A stretch of 27,615 bases of DNA from a bacterium (GTDB lineage: Bacteria; SM23-31): positions 1 to 27,615 of the forward strand of contig CBDFMG010000003.1 of the NCBI GenBank assembly GCA_965249485.1. The letters are read 5' to 3'. Made by a program: the position numbers and the translations under genes. Below, in pieces: positions 1 to 8,634 of the stretch; positions within the stretch are counted from its first letter, which is position 1; the number at the start of each line of letters is the position of its first letter. The notes under the pieces are model-generated. The model had not been told where the DNA came from and made no database searches. It saw only the letters and a program-made list of their open reading frames with translations.

Positions 1-17
1 GGCCAGCTTTCGGTTTA
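1..17 (+). repeat. Terminal direct repeat, left copy (GGCCAGCTTTCGGTTTA)
   Basis: Identical to 27599..27615. Confidence 0.95.
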
Positions 18-130
18 AGGGGAAAAAACGGGGGCTTTGGGGGAGCTGGGCGGATGGCAGGCGGGGCCTGTGGGCCACTCATGCCCCCTCTGAGAGGAGA
101 TCTCTGCTGCGGGGGTAGGTGGGATCAAAA

Positions 131-152
131 CGGGAGATGCTCGCTCAGAGCG
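131..152 (+). repeat. 22-bp dispersed inverted repeat, copy 1
   Basis: CGGGAGATGCTCGCTCAGAGCG is the exact reverse complement of 16680..16701; looser similarity extends over 101..152 vs 16680..16730. Confidence 0.9.
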
Positions 153-174
153 GCTTAAAATGGCCCGGAAAAAA

Positions 175-413
175 GAGGAACCAATTCAATTTTGAATCAG
201 TTCCTCCAAAAAGGGTGTCTCGTCTCTCGCCCTTTTTTTCTTCAATTAAGTGACTTTCGGGGTTCCGGCAATGGATTTCAGAGCAATCCCTGAAAGCCCA
301 GGCTTTGATTGGTCTGAAACCCTGCGGTTTACTCCATTGCCGGGAACGAAACCCTGGCATGTGCTCGAAGAGACATGGGCCGCACATGCGCGGGCTCGTG
401 GCGAAGCAGAGCC
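175..413. other. GC-rich hairpin cluster (candidate single-strand initiation site or structured RNA)
   Basis: Nested stems CCGGCAATGGA 265-275 / TCCATTGCCGG 333-343, TTTCAGA 276-282 / TCTGAAA 313-319, CAATC/GATTG and AAAGC/GCTTT; GCATGTGC 357-364 / GCACATGC 382-389; imperfect palindrome 175-206. Confidence 0.5.
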
Positions 414-469
414 TGGGAATTCAAGGTGAAAATTCAGGCAAGGTTCCAGGCGGCAGAAAAATGCAAACA

Positions 470-1105
470 TCAGATTCCCATCTCATTTTCCTTCGATATT
501 TCCTGCTTCCTTGCCAGAACAGAGATTTTATCAGCATAAAAAACTTCTCTACTCTTTTCTTCTCCTGTCTCTTTATCAGGCCAGGTTTTGGTTTCCTGGT
601 GGCCTCTTATTTTGATAAAATCACCTTTACCCAAATCGGTCATTTCTTCATACATCCGCTCTCCATAGCCAACCACAGAAATCAGCGATTTATCGGTAGC
701 TTTGCTCAACCCGAATTCGGCTGCTTTTGTGCCAGACTCAAGCGTTTTACCTTCCACCTTGGGGGTTCTAATCACTACATTACCTTTGATACTGCGAATT
801 GGAAAATGGCTGATTTTCTTAGCCAGGTGGTTTTCATAGGGTTTCCCGTCTTTTCCTTTCTTCTCGCTTATGTCGGTCCTGATTTCTACCTCAAGCCAGT
901 CGCCTTTTCTGGCTTCTTTCATTTTCTCCATCAAGTTGTCGAATGCCGAGATGTTGTTGTACCACCTGGTTTCTTTGCCTTTGCTTTCGGCAATACTGAA
1001 TTTTGCAAATTCTTCCCTGGATTGCTTTGTCACTCCGAATTCAACGTCTTGCCCCAGGCGGCCCTTGACAAGGTTGACAGAGGTCTTTGTTTTTTGTTCT
1101 TTCAT
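470..1105 (-). CDS. ssb: Single-stranded DNA-binding protein with two tandem OB folds
   Basis: SSB motifs twice: 'VNLVKGRLGQDVE...AKFSIA...W...F...KGDWLEVE' and 'IKGNV...AEFGL...VVGYG...KGDFIKIRG...TW.DKETGE'. ATG at 1105 (MKEQK) is preferred over 1180. Confidence 0.8.
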   Translation of the reverse strand: MKEQKTKTSVNLVKGRLGQDVEFGVTKQSREEFAKFSIAESKGKETRWYNNISAFDNLMEKMKEARKGDWLEVEIRTDISEKKGKDGKPYENHLAKKISHFPIRSIKGNVVIRTPKVEGKTLESGTKAAEFGLSKATDKSLISVVGYGERMYEEMTDLGKGDFIKIRGHQETKTWPDKETGEEKSREVFYADKISVLARKQEISKENEMGI

Positions 1106-1117
1106 AATTTGTTTTGG

Positions 1118-1132
1118 CTGACATCTCCCACC
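1118..1132 (+). promoter_or_regulatory. 15-bp dispersed motif CTGACATCTCCCACC, copy 1
   Basis: 12 nt upstream of the ssb ATG; exact inverted copy at 1879..1893, 14/15 copy at 7708..7722. Function inferred only. Confidence 0.55.
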
Positions 1133-1204
1133 GATAGAATCCGGCGGGGTTCTTGCACCACGCCTAGGCCGCTGCCTCACACTGGCCCTATAAGGAGGGT
1201 CAAT

Positions 1205-1861
1205 TCAAAAATCTTCCATATTGATTTCACGTAATCTCAGTTCTTTGATTTTTGAACCGTATTTTTTTCTCAGCTGACCGGTCATTACTTCCAGTATATC
1301 TCTCAAACTGATGTCAAACAAATTAGCTACTTTCGACAAGTAGGCATGATCACTACTAGAAAGAGCGGTTTGCACCCGATCACGGTTATCCTTTGGCAAA
1401 GACTTGTAGGTTTTGTATAATCCCGGATCAAGCTCATGCAACCAGCGTAAGGGTACATGCGGCTCTCTGGTCACGGAAAAGCCAGGTTTACTGTTTCCTT
1501 CCCCGGTTGCAGGCGACTTTTCAGGATCGGAGATTGAGTCGACCTTATTTTCTTCTGATTCACTGGTACTACCTTGCTCTGTTGATTCAGCAGGATTCTC
1601 ATTACCTGCATTTTGATCATCAGATGATTGACCGACATCTTCTTTTCTTCCACTACCCTGAGCGGCATCGTCATTTCCGGGCTCAGTTGTAGTTCCTTGA
1701 GAAGCATTTTCATCCTTCTGGTCTGACTGAGGTGGTTTACCACTTTTCCGAAGATCGACGATTTTTTCTTTCGATGTTCCCCTTCTCTTTTTCTTGCGAG
1801 TTACCGGTTTTCTTTCTTTGTCCAGCGCAGCCGCTGTTTTTTTCATTTTGATCAAATCCAT
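1205..1861 (-). CDS. Putative ParA partner / centromere-binding protein (basic N-terminus, long acidic disordered linker, C-terminal ribbon-helix-helix-like domain)
   Basis: Directly downstream of parA; 'RVQTAL-SSSDHAYLSKVAN-LFDI-SLRDILEVMTGQL' fits a beta-helix-helix pattern as in type Ib ParG-like proteins. Confidence 0.55.
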   Translation of the reverse strand: MDLIKMKKTAAALDKERKPVTRKKKRRGTSKEKIVDLRKSGKPPQSDQKDENASQGTTTEPGNDDAAQGSGRKEDVGQSSDDQNAGNENPAESTEQGSTSESEENKVDSISDPEKSPATGEGNSKPGFSVTREPHVPLRWLHELDPGLYKTYKSLPKDNRDRVQTALSSSDHAYLSKVANLFDISLRDILEVMTGQLRKKYGSKIKELRLREINMEDF

Positions 1862-1878
1862 AAGCCTATTGTTTTATG

Positions 1879-1893
1879 GGTGGGAGATGTCAG
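1879..1893 (-). promoter_or_regulatory. 15-bp dispersed motif, copy 2 (overlaps the parA stop codon)
   Basis: GGTGGGAGATGTCAG on the + strand. Confidence 0.55.
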
Positions 1894-2675
1894 TTAAACT
1901 CTGCTTCAACCAGGCCCAGGATTTCGGCAGATATTTTATATACTTCATGTGTTTCAGGTTCTTTTACCGAATTGGCCACACTGGTTAAAGTATTGGTCAT
2001 CCGATCATACTGGGCTGCCCTGTCACTCAGGCCCACATCAAATATTTTCATTTCCATCACCTTGCCAAATTCGAATATTTGCTTGTTCTCATCCTTTTGT
2101 GAGTATTTATTCAAAAGACCTGCAAATACAAATTTTTCATCTTCATTTTCTTTGAGTGTTTTGACTCGTGAAACTGTATTTTGAATAAAATCCATACTGC
2201 TGTTGATGTCTTTCTTATTCATCACGACAGGAATAATTGCAACATCCAGATAAGCAAATACTGAAATGATTTCTTCGTCCTGGTAACCAGGTGTATCAAT
2301 GATGATCATATCATATTTTCCATCCAGACGATCAATTTCATTTTCAAGTTCTGCAAGTTCACAAGGGATGATGTTAACCAGATCGCTGAATCTGATTTTA
2401 TTATATACCGAAGCCAGGTATTTCAATTCTTTATTTTCAATCCTGGCAGGATTGAATCCGGATTCTTTCATCATCCCACGAAGGGTATCAATTTTTTCCA
2501 GGTCACTGGCTCTTTCTACTGCAAGAGACTTTTGAAAGTCAGTATCGATAACTGCTACCAGCAGACCAAAGAATTCAGCCAGTGTAAGTGCTGCATGTTG
2601 TGTTAAAGTGCTTTTACCAATACCCCCTTTCTGGTTGATAAAGGCCATAATTATTGTGTCCGAAAATTTTTTCAC
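1890..2675 (-). CDS. parA: ParA-family partitioning ATPase
   Basis: Deviant Walker A 'NQKGGIGKST', 'VIDTDFQ', Walker B 'IIIDTPG'; no N-terminal HTH (type Ib-like). Confidence 0.93.
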   Translation of the reverse strand: MKKFSDTIIMAFINQKGGIGKSTLTQHAALTLAEFFGLLVAVIDTDFQKSLAVERASDLEKIDTLRGMMKESGFNPARIENKELKYLASVYNKIRFSDLVNIIPCELAELENEIDRLDGKYDMIIIDTPGYQDEEIISVFAYLDVAIIPVVMNKKDINSSMDFIQNTVSRVKTLKENEDEKFVFAGLLNKYSQKDENKQIFEFGKVMEMKIFDVGLSDRAAQYDRMTNTLTSVANSVKEPETHEVYKISAEILGLVEAEFN

Positions 2676-2693
2676 AATTCAAATTATAAAATC

Positions 2694-3030
2694 ATATATC
2701 TATCAATACAACAATACATAGATATATCTATCAATACAACAATACATACATATATCTATCAATACAACAATACATAGATATATCTATCAATACAACAATA
2801 CATACATATATCTATCAATACAACAATACATAGATATATCTATCAATACAACAATACATACATATATCTATTAATACAACAATAGATAGATACATCTATC
2901 AATACAACAATACATACATATATCTATTAATACAACAATACATACATATATCTATTAATACAACAATAGATATATATATCTATTAATACAACAATACATA
3001 GATATATATATCTATCAATACAACAATACA
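2694..3030. repeat. 12 tandem copies of a 28-bp unit (ATATATCTATCAATACAACAATACATA[G/C]); candidate centromere and parA operator
   Basis: Units start at 2694, 2722, 2750 and so on at 28-bp period; the last unit has 4 extra nt. The array begins 18 nt upstream of the parA start. Confidence 0.9.
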
Positions 3031-3064
3031 GACATTCAATGTAACAATATATTTGAATGTCTGT
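3028..3064. repeat. 12-bp inverted repeat capping the tandem array
   Basis: ACAGACATTCAA (3028-3039) / TTGAATGTCTGT (3053-3064). Confidence 0.8.
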
Positions 3065-3170
3065 TTTAAAAGCTTGAATTGAGGAGCATTTGAGGAACCA
3101 GAGAGGGTAGGGGAGTTGTGAATCTCAATGGTTTTGGCCAGGTTTGAGATATGAGCTATAGAAGTAGTTA

Positions 3171-3270
3171 GGCAAGGCGTGTTTCTCGCCCCTCGAAACT
3201 TCACTGCACAACAAAAAATCATCCCATGGGATGATTTTTCGAAGTTCGTCTCACCTTGTTTTCTGCCCTG
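3171..3270. other. Candidate origin of transfer (oriT) region
   Basis: Immediately upstream of mobA-relaxase; perfect 26-bp palindrome AAAAATCATCCCATGGGATGATTTTT (3214-3239) nested in AACTTC/GAAGTT and CAAGG/CCTTG arms. The nick site was not identified. Confidence 0.55.
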
Positions 3271-3296
3271 CGGTTGAAAAATAAAAATCTACGATT

Positions 3297-3680
3297 TTGC
3301 GGCCTAAAAAGTCCGTTGAAAGTAAAAGAAGCGAAGAAATTAAAGTGAGATATACCGTGTCTGAGTACTTGAATATAGTCAATGGGGCGGACAGATTGAG
3401 CTTACCACTGGCCACATTTGTGCATGATATTTCTTTAAAAGGCGCTAAAAATATACGAATTCCATTACCAATAACTGATCAGGAAGTTATAAAAAAGGTT
3501 ATGCTTTATGGAAATAATCTGAACCAGATTGCAAAAAGTATGAATGCATTAACTAAAGCCCATGCAGCAGAAACAAGAGATGATATTCCATATCTATCCA
3601 AAAAAGTTGATGAACTCACACGAAAAATTAATGCATTGAATGACCTACTTATGAATCGTATTGCAAACCCGAATGATTGA
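3297..3680 (+). CDS. mobA: Relaxosome accessory ribbon-helix-helix protein (MobA/MobC-type)
   Basis: 'IKVRYTVSEY' RHH start and 'GNNLNQIAK' motif; overlaps the relaxase start. Confidence 0.85.
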   Translation: MRPKKSVESKRSEEIKVRYTVSEYLNIVNGADRLSLPLATFVHDISLKGAKNIRIPLPITDQEVIKKVMLYGNNLNQIAKSMNALTKAHAAETRDDIPYLSKKVDELTRKINALNDLLMNRIANPND

Positions 3681-5520
3681 AAAACACAAACCGATATCGA
3701 ATGTTTTCCAACGGATTGAATACAATGAAAAGAAGGTTCGCCAAGGTAGGGCACGGCTTCTTTTTAGCAACATCAATTACAAAGACGAGCATGGCGCCTA
3801 TAAAAAATTCAAATTTATTAGTGACAACTCAAAGCACAATATCACAAAGTGGGGCATTCATTCATTCATTAATCTTCCCCGAAACGAATCTCTGACAGAT
3901 GAACAGTTTACTTACGTTGCTGAGACTTTTCTAAAAAAAATGGGATTTGATCAAGCTCCATATATCGTTTATCGCCATCTGGATAAGGATGAACAAGAGC
4001 ATATCCACATCCTGACCATGTTCAACAAATTTGATGGGGGAAAGGTCAGTGACAGCAACACAAGATTAAGGGCCAATCGCATTATTTCAAGCCTGGAGCA
4101 GGAACTGGGTTTGTTCAATGTGTCTAACAAGGCGGTAGATAACCAGATAGAGGCCGTCAGAGCCACGAACAAGTCTCCCGATGATATCTTTCAAGACCGG
4201 GATCAAAACGGCCTGGAGATGCTTAAAAGACGTAAGCGGCGCAGAATCAAGAAGGAGTTGCAAAAGACTATTCACAAAATCATTAAAAACAACGATAATT
4301 TTGCTGAAATAGGGGGGCAGCTACGGCGAAAGGGGATCAAGATGATGTTCAATACCAATTCGTCCGGCATCTGCGGCATCAAGTTTCAAATCGTCGCCAA
4401 CGAATATCATCAACTTCCGTATCACACCCTACCCGCTTATACCCGGGGTGTCAAATTTTCTGAGAGCGATCTTGAACAGATCAACAAACAGGGTCATATC
4501 ACAGTGGATGATAAACAATTTTTCAAAACAGACAACGGTCTGATCCTGACCGAGACAGAAAAAATCGCCCGGGACCATATTTCAAAAAAGATTGATACGG
4601 GAATGACCTTTAAAGGTTCAAGTCTCGATAAATCTTTTTCCTGGAATAAACTCAAAGATCGGGTAATGTACATGAGTTCTGATGCACAATTAAAAATGGC
4701 AGATCAAATTCACCAAGAAAACTATGGTTACAAATCCTTTGCCATTACAGAGAGGAAATTGCTTTTCGCCATAGAAAACTACAATTCAACCGGTATCAGG
4801 GAAAGCCTTGCTGAAGGGGCAAATTTTGATCAGGTAAGTTCTACACTTCCCAGGCAAGTTCGAAACTCTAAATATTTCCAGAATACGGTACTCAGTCTGT
4901 TCAAAGAACAATCCCAGGGTGAGCAAGAGAATGTTTATTTTCAAGAACTACTTTTTGGGGCTTTACAAAAAGGTATAACCGCTAGCGCTCTATGGATTTT
5001 TCTTAACCAGCAAAATTTTAAGATCAAATCGGATCAAGGCACCTTATTAATTCGCAATGAATCAGGTTTACCTGTCATTGATCTAAACCAATTCAAATAC
5101 ACAGGTAAATATAATCTGAATGATCACCGGAAATCTTTAAAGAAAGCCAATTATCATTTGAGTCGTCGCAAAGAAATTATTGACGATGAATTCCAGCTTT
5201 CGGGGACTGAAAAAATCACACAATCTGCTTTACAATCAGCGTCGAGGGAAATAAAGCTTTCGGCAGCGGATCACTTATTGCTACGAGGTTTGAATACCTT
5301 CAATGCACGGTTAGCTTTTACCGCACTGAAGAATGGCGCTGATGAAAAACTCGTAACGATGTATAACAGATATTTTCCAAACCAGATTGAACAAATGATC
5401 AGTGCCAATCGCAAAGAATACAAACAGATACAAAATCTGAGATCGCTTCAACGTAGTGCCAAATCTTTCCTGACTTACTTTGAGATGGATATAGATAATG
5501 AATTTAATCAGCAACGCTAA
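3673..5520 (+). CDS. mobB: Relaxase, MOBP-like (Bacteroidota MobB type)
   Basis: Catalytic Tyr region 'IEYNEKK', 'HSFINL', 'YIVYRHLDKDEQEHIHI' HUH motif, 'FKGSSLDKSFSW'. ATG at 3673 is preferred over TTG at 3661. Confidence 0.92.
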   Translation: MIEKHKPISNVFQRIEYNEKKVRQGRARLLFSNINYKDEHGAYKKFKFISDNSKHNITKWGIHSFINLPRNESLTDEQFTYVAETFLKKMGFDQAPYIVYRHLDKDEQEHIHILTMFNKFDGGKVSDSNTRLRANRIISSLEQELGLFNVSNKAVDNQIEAVRATNKSPDDIFQDRDQNGLEMLKRRKRRRIKKELQKTIHKIIKNNDNFAEIGGQLRRKGIKMMFNTNSSGICGIKFQIVANEYHQLPYHTLPAYTRGVKFSESDLEQINKQGHITVDDKQFFKTDNGLILTETEKIARDHISKKIDTGMTFKGSSLDKSFSWNKLKDRVMYMSSDAQLKMADQIHQENYGYKSFAITERKLLFAIENYNSTGIRESLAEGANFDQVSSTLPRQVRNSKYFQNTVLSLFKEQSQGEQENVYFQELLFGALQKGITASALWIFLNQQNFKIKSDQGTLLIRNESGLPVIDLNQFKYTGKYNLNDHRKSLKKANYHLSRRKEIIDDEFQLSGTEKITQSALQSASREIKLSAADHLLLRGLNTFNARLAFTALKNGADEKLVTMYNRYFPNQIEQMISANRKEYKQIQNLRSLQRSAKSFLTYFEMDIDNEFNQQR

Positions 5521-5522
5521 CC

Positions 5523-7703
5523 ATGGGAAGCGAAAAAAGCACCACCCAGTCCCATTCAATATTCGCGCTTTTTACCCTGGTATTAACCGCCGAGTATTTT
5601 TATTTGACCAGAGCTTTTGGCTGGCCCGTTCATAATATTTTTACCCTCGAATCCATTACAACTATATTCGGGGAAATCAGCTATTTTCCTATCCTTATTT
5701 ATCTGGGTTACATCGCATGGGTTAAAATATTTGAAATCTCATCCTTTGCTAATAAGACCCTTGTCATTGGTTCCTATTTTCTAGGTGCAGCTATGCTCAT
5801 TTTATCGTTTTATCTAATTCCTGTTATTGCACTTTTTACCATGCCAGCAGGATTCTTTTTCACTTTATTTGCTTTCTATTCAGGGAAGGAAATCGTAGCG
5901 GAAATAGTAGAAGAAGAAAAACAAGGATTCACCTTAGATGCCGAACCTAATAATAAACCTGGCTACTTGAATTTCATGATACTTAATAAGCAAGGTGAAC
6001 TCAGGTGGCTCAATATTAATGCGGTACAAGCCACCATGACAATAGGAGGGAGCGGATCAGGTAAGTCCTGGTCGCTTATCGAGATTGTTTTATTTCAACA
6101 GGTGTATAAAAAATGGGGCATATTCAATTATGATTATAAGTTTCCTGATCTAACCCAACAAATCAACAGATATATCGAATTTTGTCAAGATATAGGTATT
6201 GAAACTTATGATCATTGGATTGTTAACTGGACAGACCCGCGTATCAGCCATCGTTTTAACATCTTTGACAAACGTGTGGTCAAAGACAAACTGGATGTGA
6301 TCAACGTATGTACCTCGTTCATTGTGAACATCAAAAAAGAATGGGCAAAGAATACAGACTTTTGGTCCGATGCTGCCATTGCGTATTTCTCAGCTACAGC
6401 GCTTTGGTGGAAGTTCAATGAACCCGACAAGTGTGATTTGCCTCATGTCATACAAACCTGTTTAATCCCACATAACCGGGTTTTACCTGTGCTTTTAGAG
6501 AATGAAGAATGCGCAGACCTTATGATACCCTTTCTCGAGGCCAAGGAATTAAAAGCCGGTCAACAATTGGCCGGCATGACAGGTTCCTTACAAATCTTCC
6601 TGGGAAAACTGACCATTCCCATATTTTACTGGATTTTGTCTGGCAATGATTTCACCGTTGATGTTAATGATCCAAGAAATCCAAAATTTGTTTCTATCGG
6701 CAATGCAGGCTTATACGATGAACTACTAAAACCCATCATTGGCACTATATGCAAATTAGCCAATATGGCCATGAACAGGGATTATGAACAAATCCAGCGT
6801 GAAGAAGGCGTCCCTGAAGACCAAATCCTTCAACAAATATATTCCGCCTATAATATTGACGAGCTTTCCACCGCCTATCTGGATGGCCTTGAAAAGTTAC
6901 CCAATCAAGCCAGGAGCAAAAAGGTCGCTACTCATGTCGCTTTACAAAACACCCCTCAATTGGCAAATGTTTATGGGAAAGAAAAGTCCAGTGTTTTGCT
7001 TTCAAGTTTTGGCAATTTACTAGTGATGAATATGAAAGACTCGGAGTGTGGCGAAAAGCTATCAAAACAATTTGGCCAGGTCAGCGTAAGGGTTCGATCA
7101 ATCAATAAAACCCAACAGGAAGGTTTTGATAGCGGTGGCGGTTCATCCCAACACTCTTATACACTGCAAAGAAGAAATGCTGTAGAGGTCGAGGAATTCA
7201 CCAGTCAGGCGACCGGACATTTTTATGGCATCTATACTATACCACCCAATAAACCAGGAGAAAAAGAAAAGAAACCTTTTGCCAGTGGTGATATTTACAC
7301 ATTGGAATATCCTAAAGTGCAAAAACAACTAACCAGAAAAATTCTTAATGATCCTTATGCGCCTTCCTATTTAAAGTTGAAAGATAAAAAACCCATTGAG
7401 CCTTTTGTCAAATTCTCTGATTCCGACGACATTGTCGTGGAAAAGCAAATCATGGAAAAAATTATCGCGGACAATTATCAGCGCATTCGAAAAGAGGTTA
7501 AAGATATTTTCGGTCAACAATTAGAAGACACCCAGGCAACACAACAAGAAGCAGAACAACAAACGTCTGTGATTTCCGAAGACCATGCCGCCCAATATGC
7601 CAAAGATCCATTAGCTGAAGAAGAAGCCCAGCAATCAAATGAATTATCAGAAACAACGCCTGTAAATGACTCTGATGACGATGATGATAGTGATTACTTC
7701 TAG
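5523..7703 (+). CDS. Type IV coupling protein (VirD4/TraD-like; Bacteroidota MobC type)
   Basis: N-terminal transmembrane segments, Walker A 'GGSGSGKS', 'YDYKFPDL', 'SHRFN', Walker B 'IDEL', 'ARSKKVA...LQ...QL...YG'. Confidence 0.92.
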   Translation: MGSEKSTTQSHSIFALFTLVLTAEYFYLTRAFGWPVHNIFTLESITTIFGEISYFPILIYLGYIAWVKIFEISSFANKTLVIGSYFLGAAMLILSFYLIPVIALFTMPAGFFFTLFAFYSGKEIVAEIVEEEKQGFTLDAEPNNKPGYLNFMILNKQGELRWLNINAVQATMTIGGSGSGKSWSLIEIVLFQQVYKKWGIFNYDYKFPDLTQQINRYIEFCQDIGIETYDHWIVNWTDPRISHRFNIFDKRVVKDKLDVINVCTSFIVNIKKEWAKNTDFWSDAAIAYFSATALWWKFNEPDKCDLPHVIQTCLIPHNRVLPVLLENEECADLMIPFLEAKELKAGQQLAGMTGSLQIFLGKLTIPIFYWILSGNDFTVDVNDPRNPKFVSIGNAGLYDELLKPIIGTICKLANMAMNRDYEQIQREEGVPEDQILQQIYSAYNIDELSTAYLDGLEKLPNQARSKKVATHVALQNTPQLANVYGKEKSSVLLSSFGNLLVMNMKDSECGEKLSKQFGQVSVRVRSINKTQQEGFDSGGGSSQHSYTLQRRNAVEVEEFTSQATGHFYGIYTIPPNKPGEKEKKPFASGDIYTLEYPKVQKQLTRKILNDPYAPSYLKLKDKKPIEPFVKFSDSDDIVVEKQIMEKIIADNYQRIRKEVKDIFGQQLEDTQATQQEAEQQTSVISEDHAAQYAKDPLAEEEAQQSNELSETTPVNDSDDDDDSDYF

Positions 7704-7707
7704 ACCG

Positions 7708-7722
7708 CTGACATCTCCCGCC
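7708..7722 (+). promoter_or_regulatory. 15-bp dispersed motif, copy 3 (CTGACATCTCCCGCC)
   Basis: Lies in the 33-bp gap between the convergent mob and tra operons. Confidence 0.5.
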
Positions 7723-7736
7723 CACACGAGATAAAT

Positions 7737-8630
7737 CTACGGTTCGCCCTCGAGGTTTTGATAATCACCGTTAACTGTTCGGAAAATGACAGAACTCATT
7801 CTTTGCTTTGCCTTCAAATTGATGCTGTAGGCCATCCAGTTCCGCACTTTCTTGCCGTGTTCCATATTCTGTATGTCTACCAACATGCTCACCGATTGGG
7901 TCCTTAACTCAACCACTTCCTGTATCAGTTTATTGGCTCGTTCGTTCATCGCAATTCTTTCAGATTCTTCCATTTCCATGTTGGGATCATTAGCCATATT
8001 ACGTAACTCTGACGCATCAAAATACTTTTTATAAATAAGATCGGTCAACATGGCATATTGCTCCATGTGGGCTTGCATTGCGGCATCTTCTAAATCCATG
8101 GCTACATGCGGATCAAGTAAAACATAGTTTTCCAGGAAGGTTTCACCAACTTTTGTCATACCAGTCATTCCACGATACAAATTTCTTGCGGCCCATGGAC
8201 GACCTACTATGCCCCTGACATCATTTTTGAAACTTTCTGTTTTTCCTCCAACACCTGGAATATAATCGAGGGGATTCAACTCAACACCTGTAAACATTTC
8301 AGTAAAATATAATCCATCTGCCAGGCTAATGCCTTTAATATTTGAAATACGTTTTCTTGCTTTATTGAAATTTTCATACAGGCCGTGGACTTTTTCGATC
8401 TCTCCTTTGATCTTCCTGGCTGTTTCAAGGTTTTCTTTGAAGCTTTGAAGCTGGTATGCCAGTATTTTCAATTCGTTCAAATCATTTAATTTCTGTAAAT
8501 GCATGTGCATCGTCTGAATAGCGTTACTCTGGACAATCAATGGACTCAAGACAGCGGCATCCTGTCCAAACAGACCATAACCAAATTCTGCACTAAATAT
8601 CAAGATCAATAATGCTGTTAGACTTTTCAT
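7737..8630 (-). CDS. Secreted helical conjugation protein (TraI / VirB5-like candidate)
   Basis: Signal peptide, largely helical, 'MEESERIAM' resembles the 'xxxERL' motif of TraI-like proteins; last gene of the tra operon. Confidence 0.45.
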   Translation of the reverse strand: MKSLTALLILIFSAEFGYGLFGQDAAVLSPLIVQSNAIQTMHMHLQKLNDLNELKILAYQLQSFKENLETARKIKGEIEKVHGLYENFNKARKRISNIKGISLADGLYFTEMFTGVELNPLDYIPGVGGKTESFKNDVRGIVGRPWAARNLYRGMTGMTKVGETFLENYVLLDPHVAMDLEDAAMQAHMEQYAMLTDLIYKKYFDASELRNMANDPNMEMEESERIAMNERANKLIQEVVELRTQSVSMLVDIQNMEHGKKVRNWMAYSINLKAKQRMSSVIFRTVNGDYQNLEGEP

Positions 8631-8634
8631 AAGC

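Noticed and set aside
305..1234. 309-aa plus-strand ORF
   Set aside because: Antisense shadow of ssb; Phe-rich composition mirrors Lys/Glu codons on the other strand.
2694..3030. CRISPR array
   Set aside because: Units are contiguous with no unique spacers and there are no cas genes.
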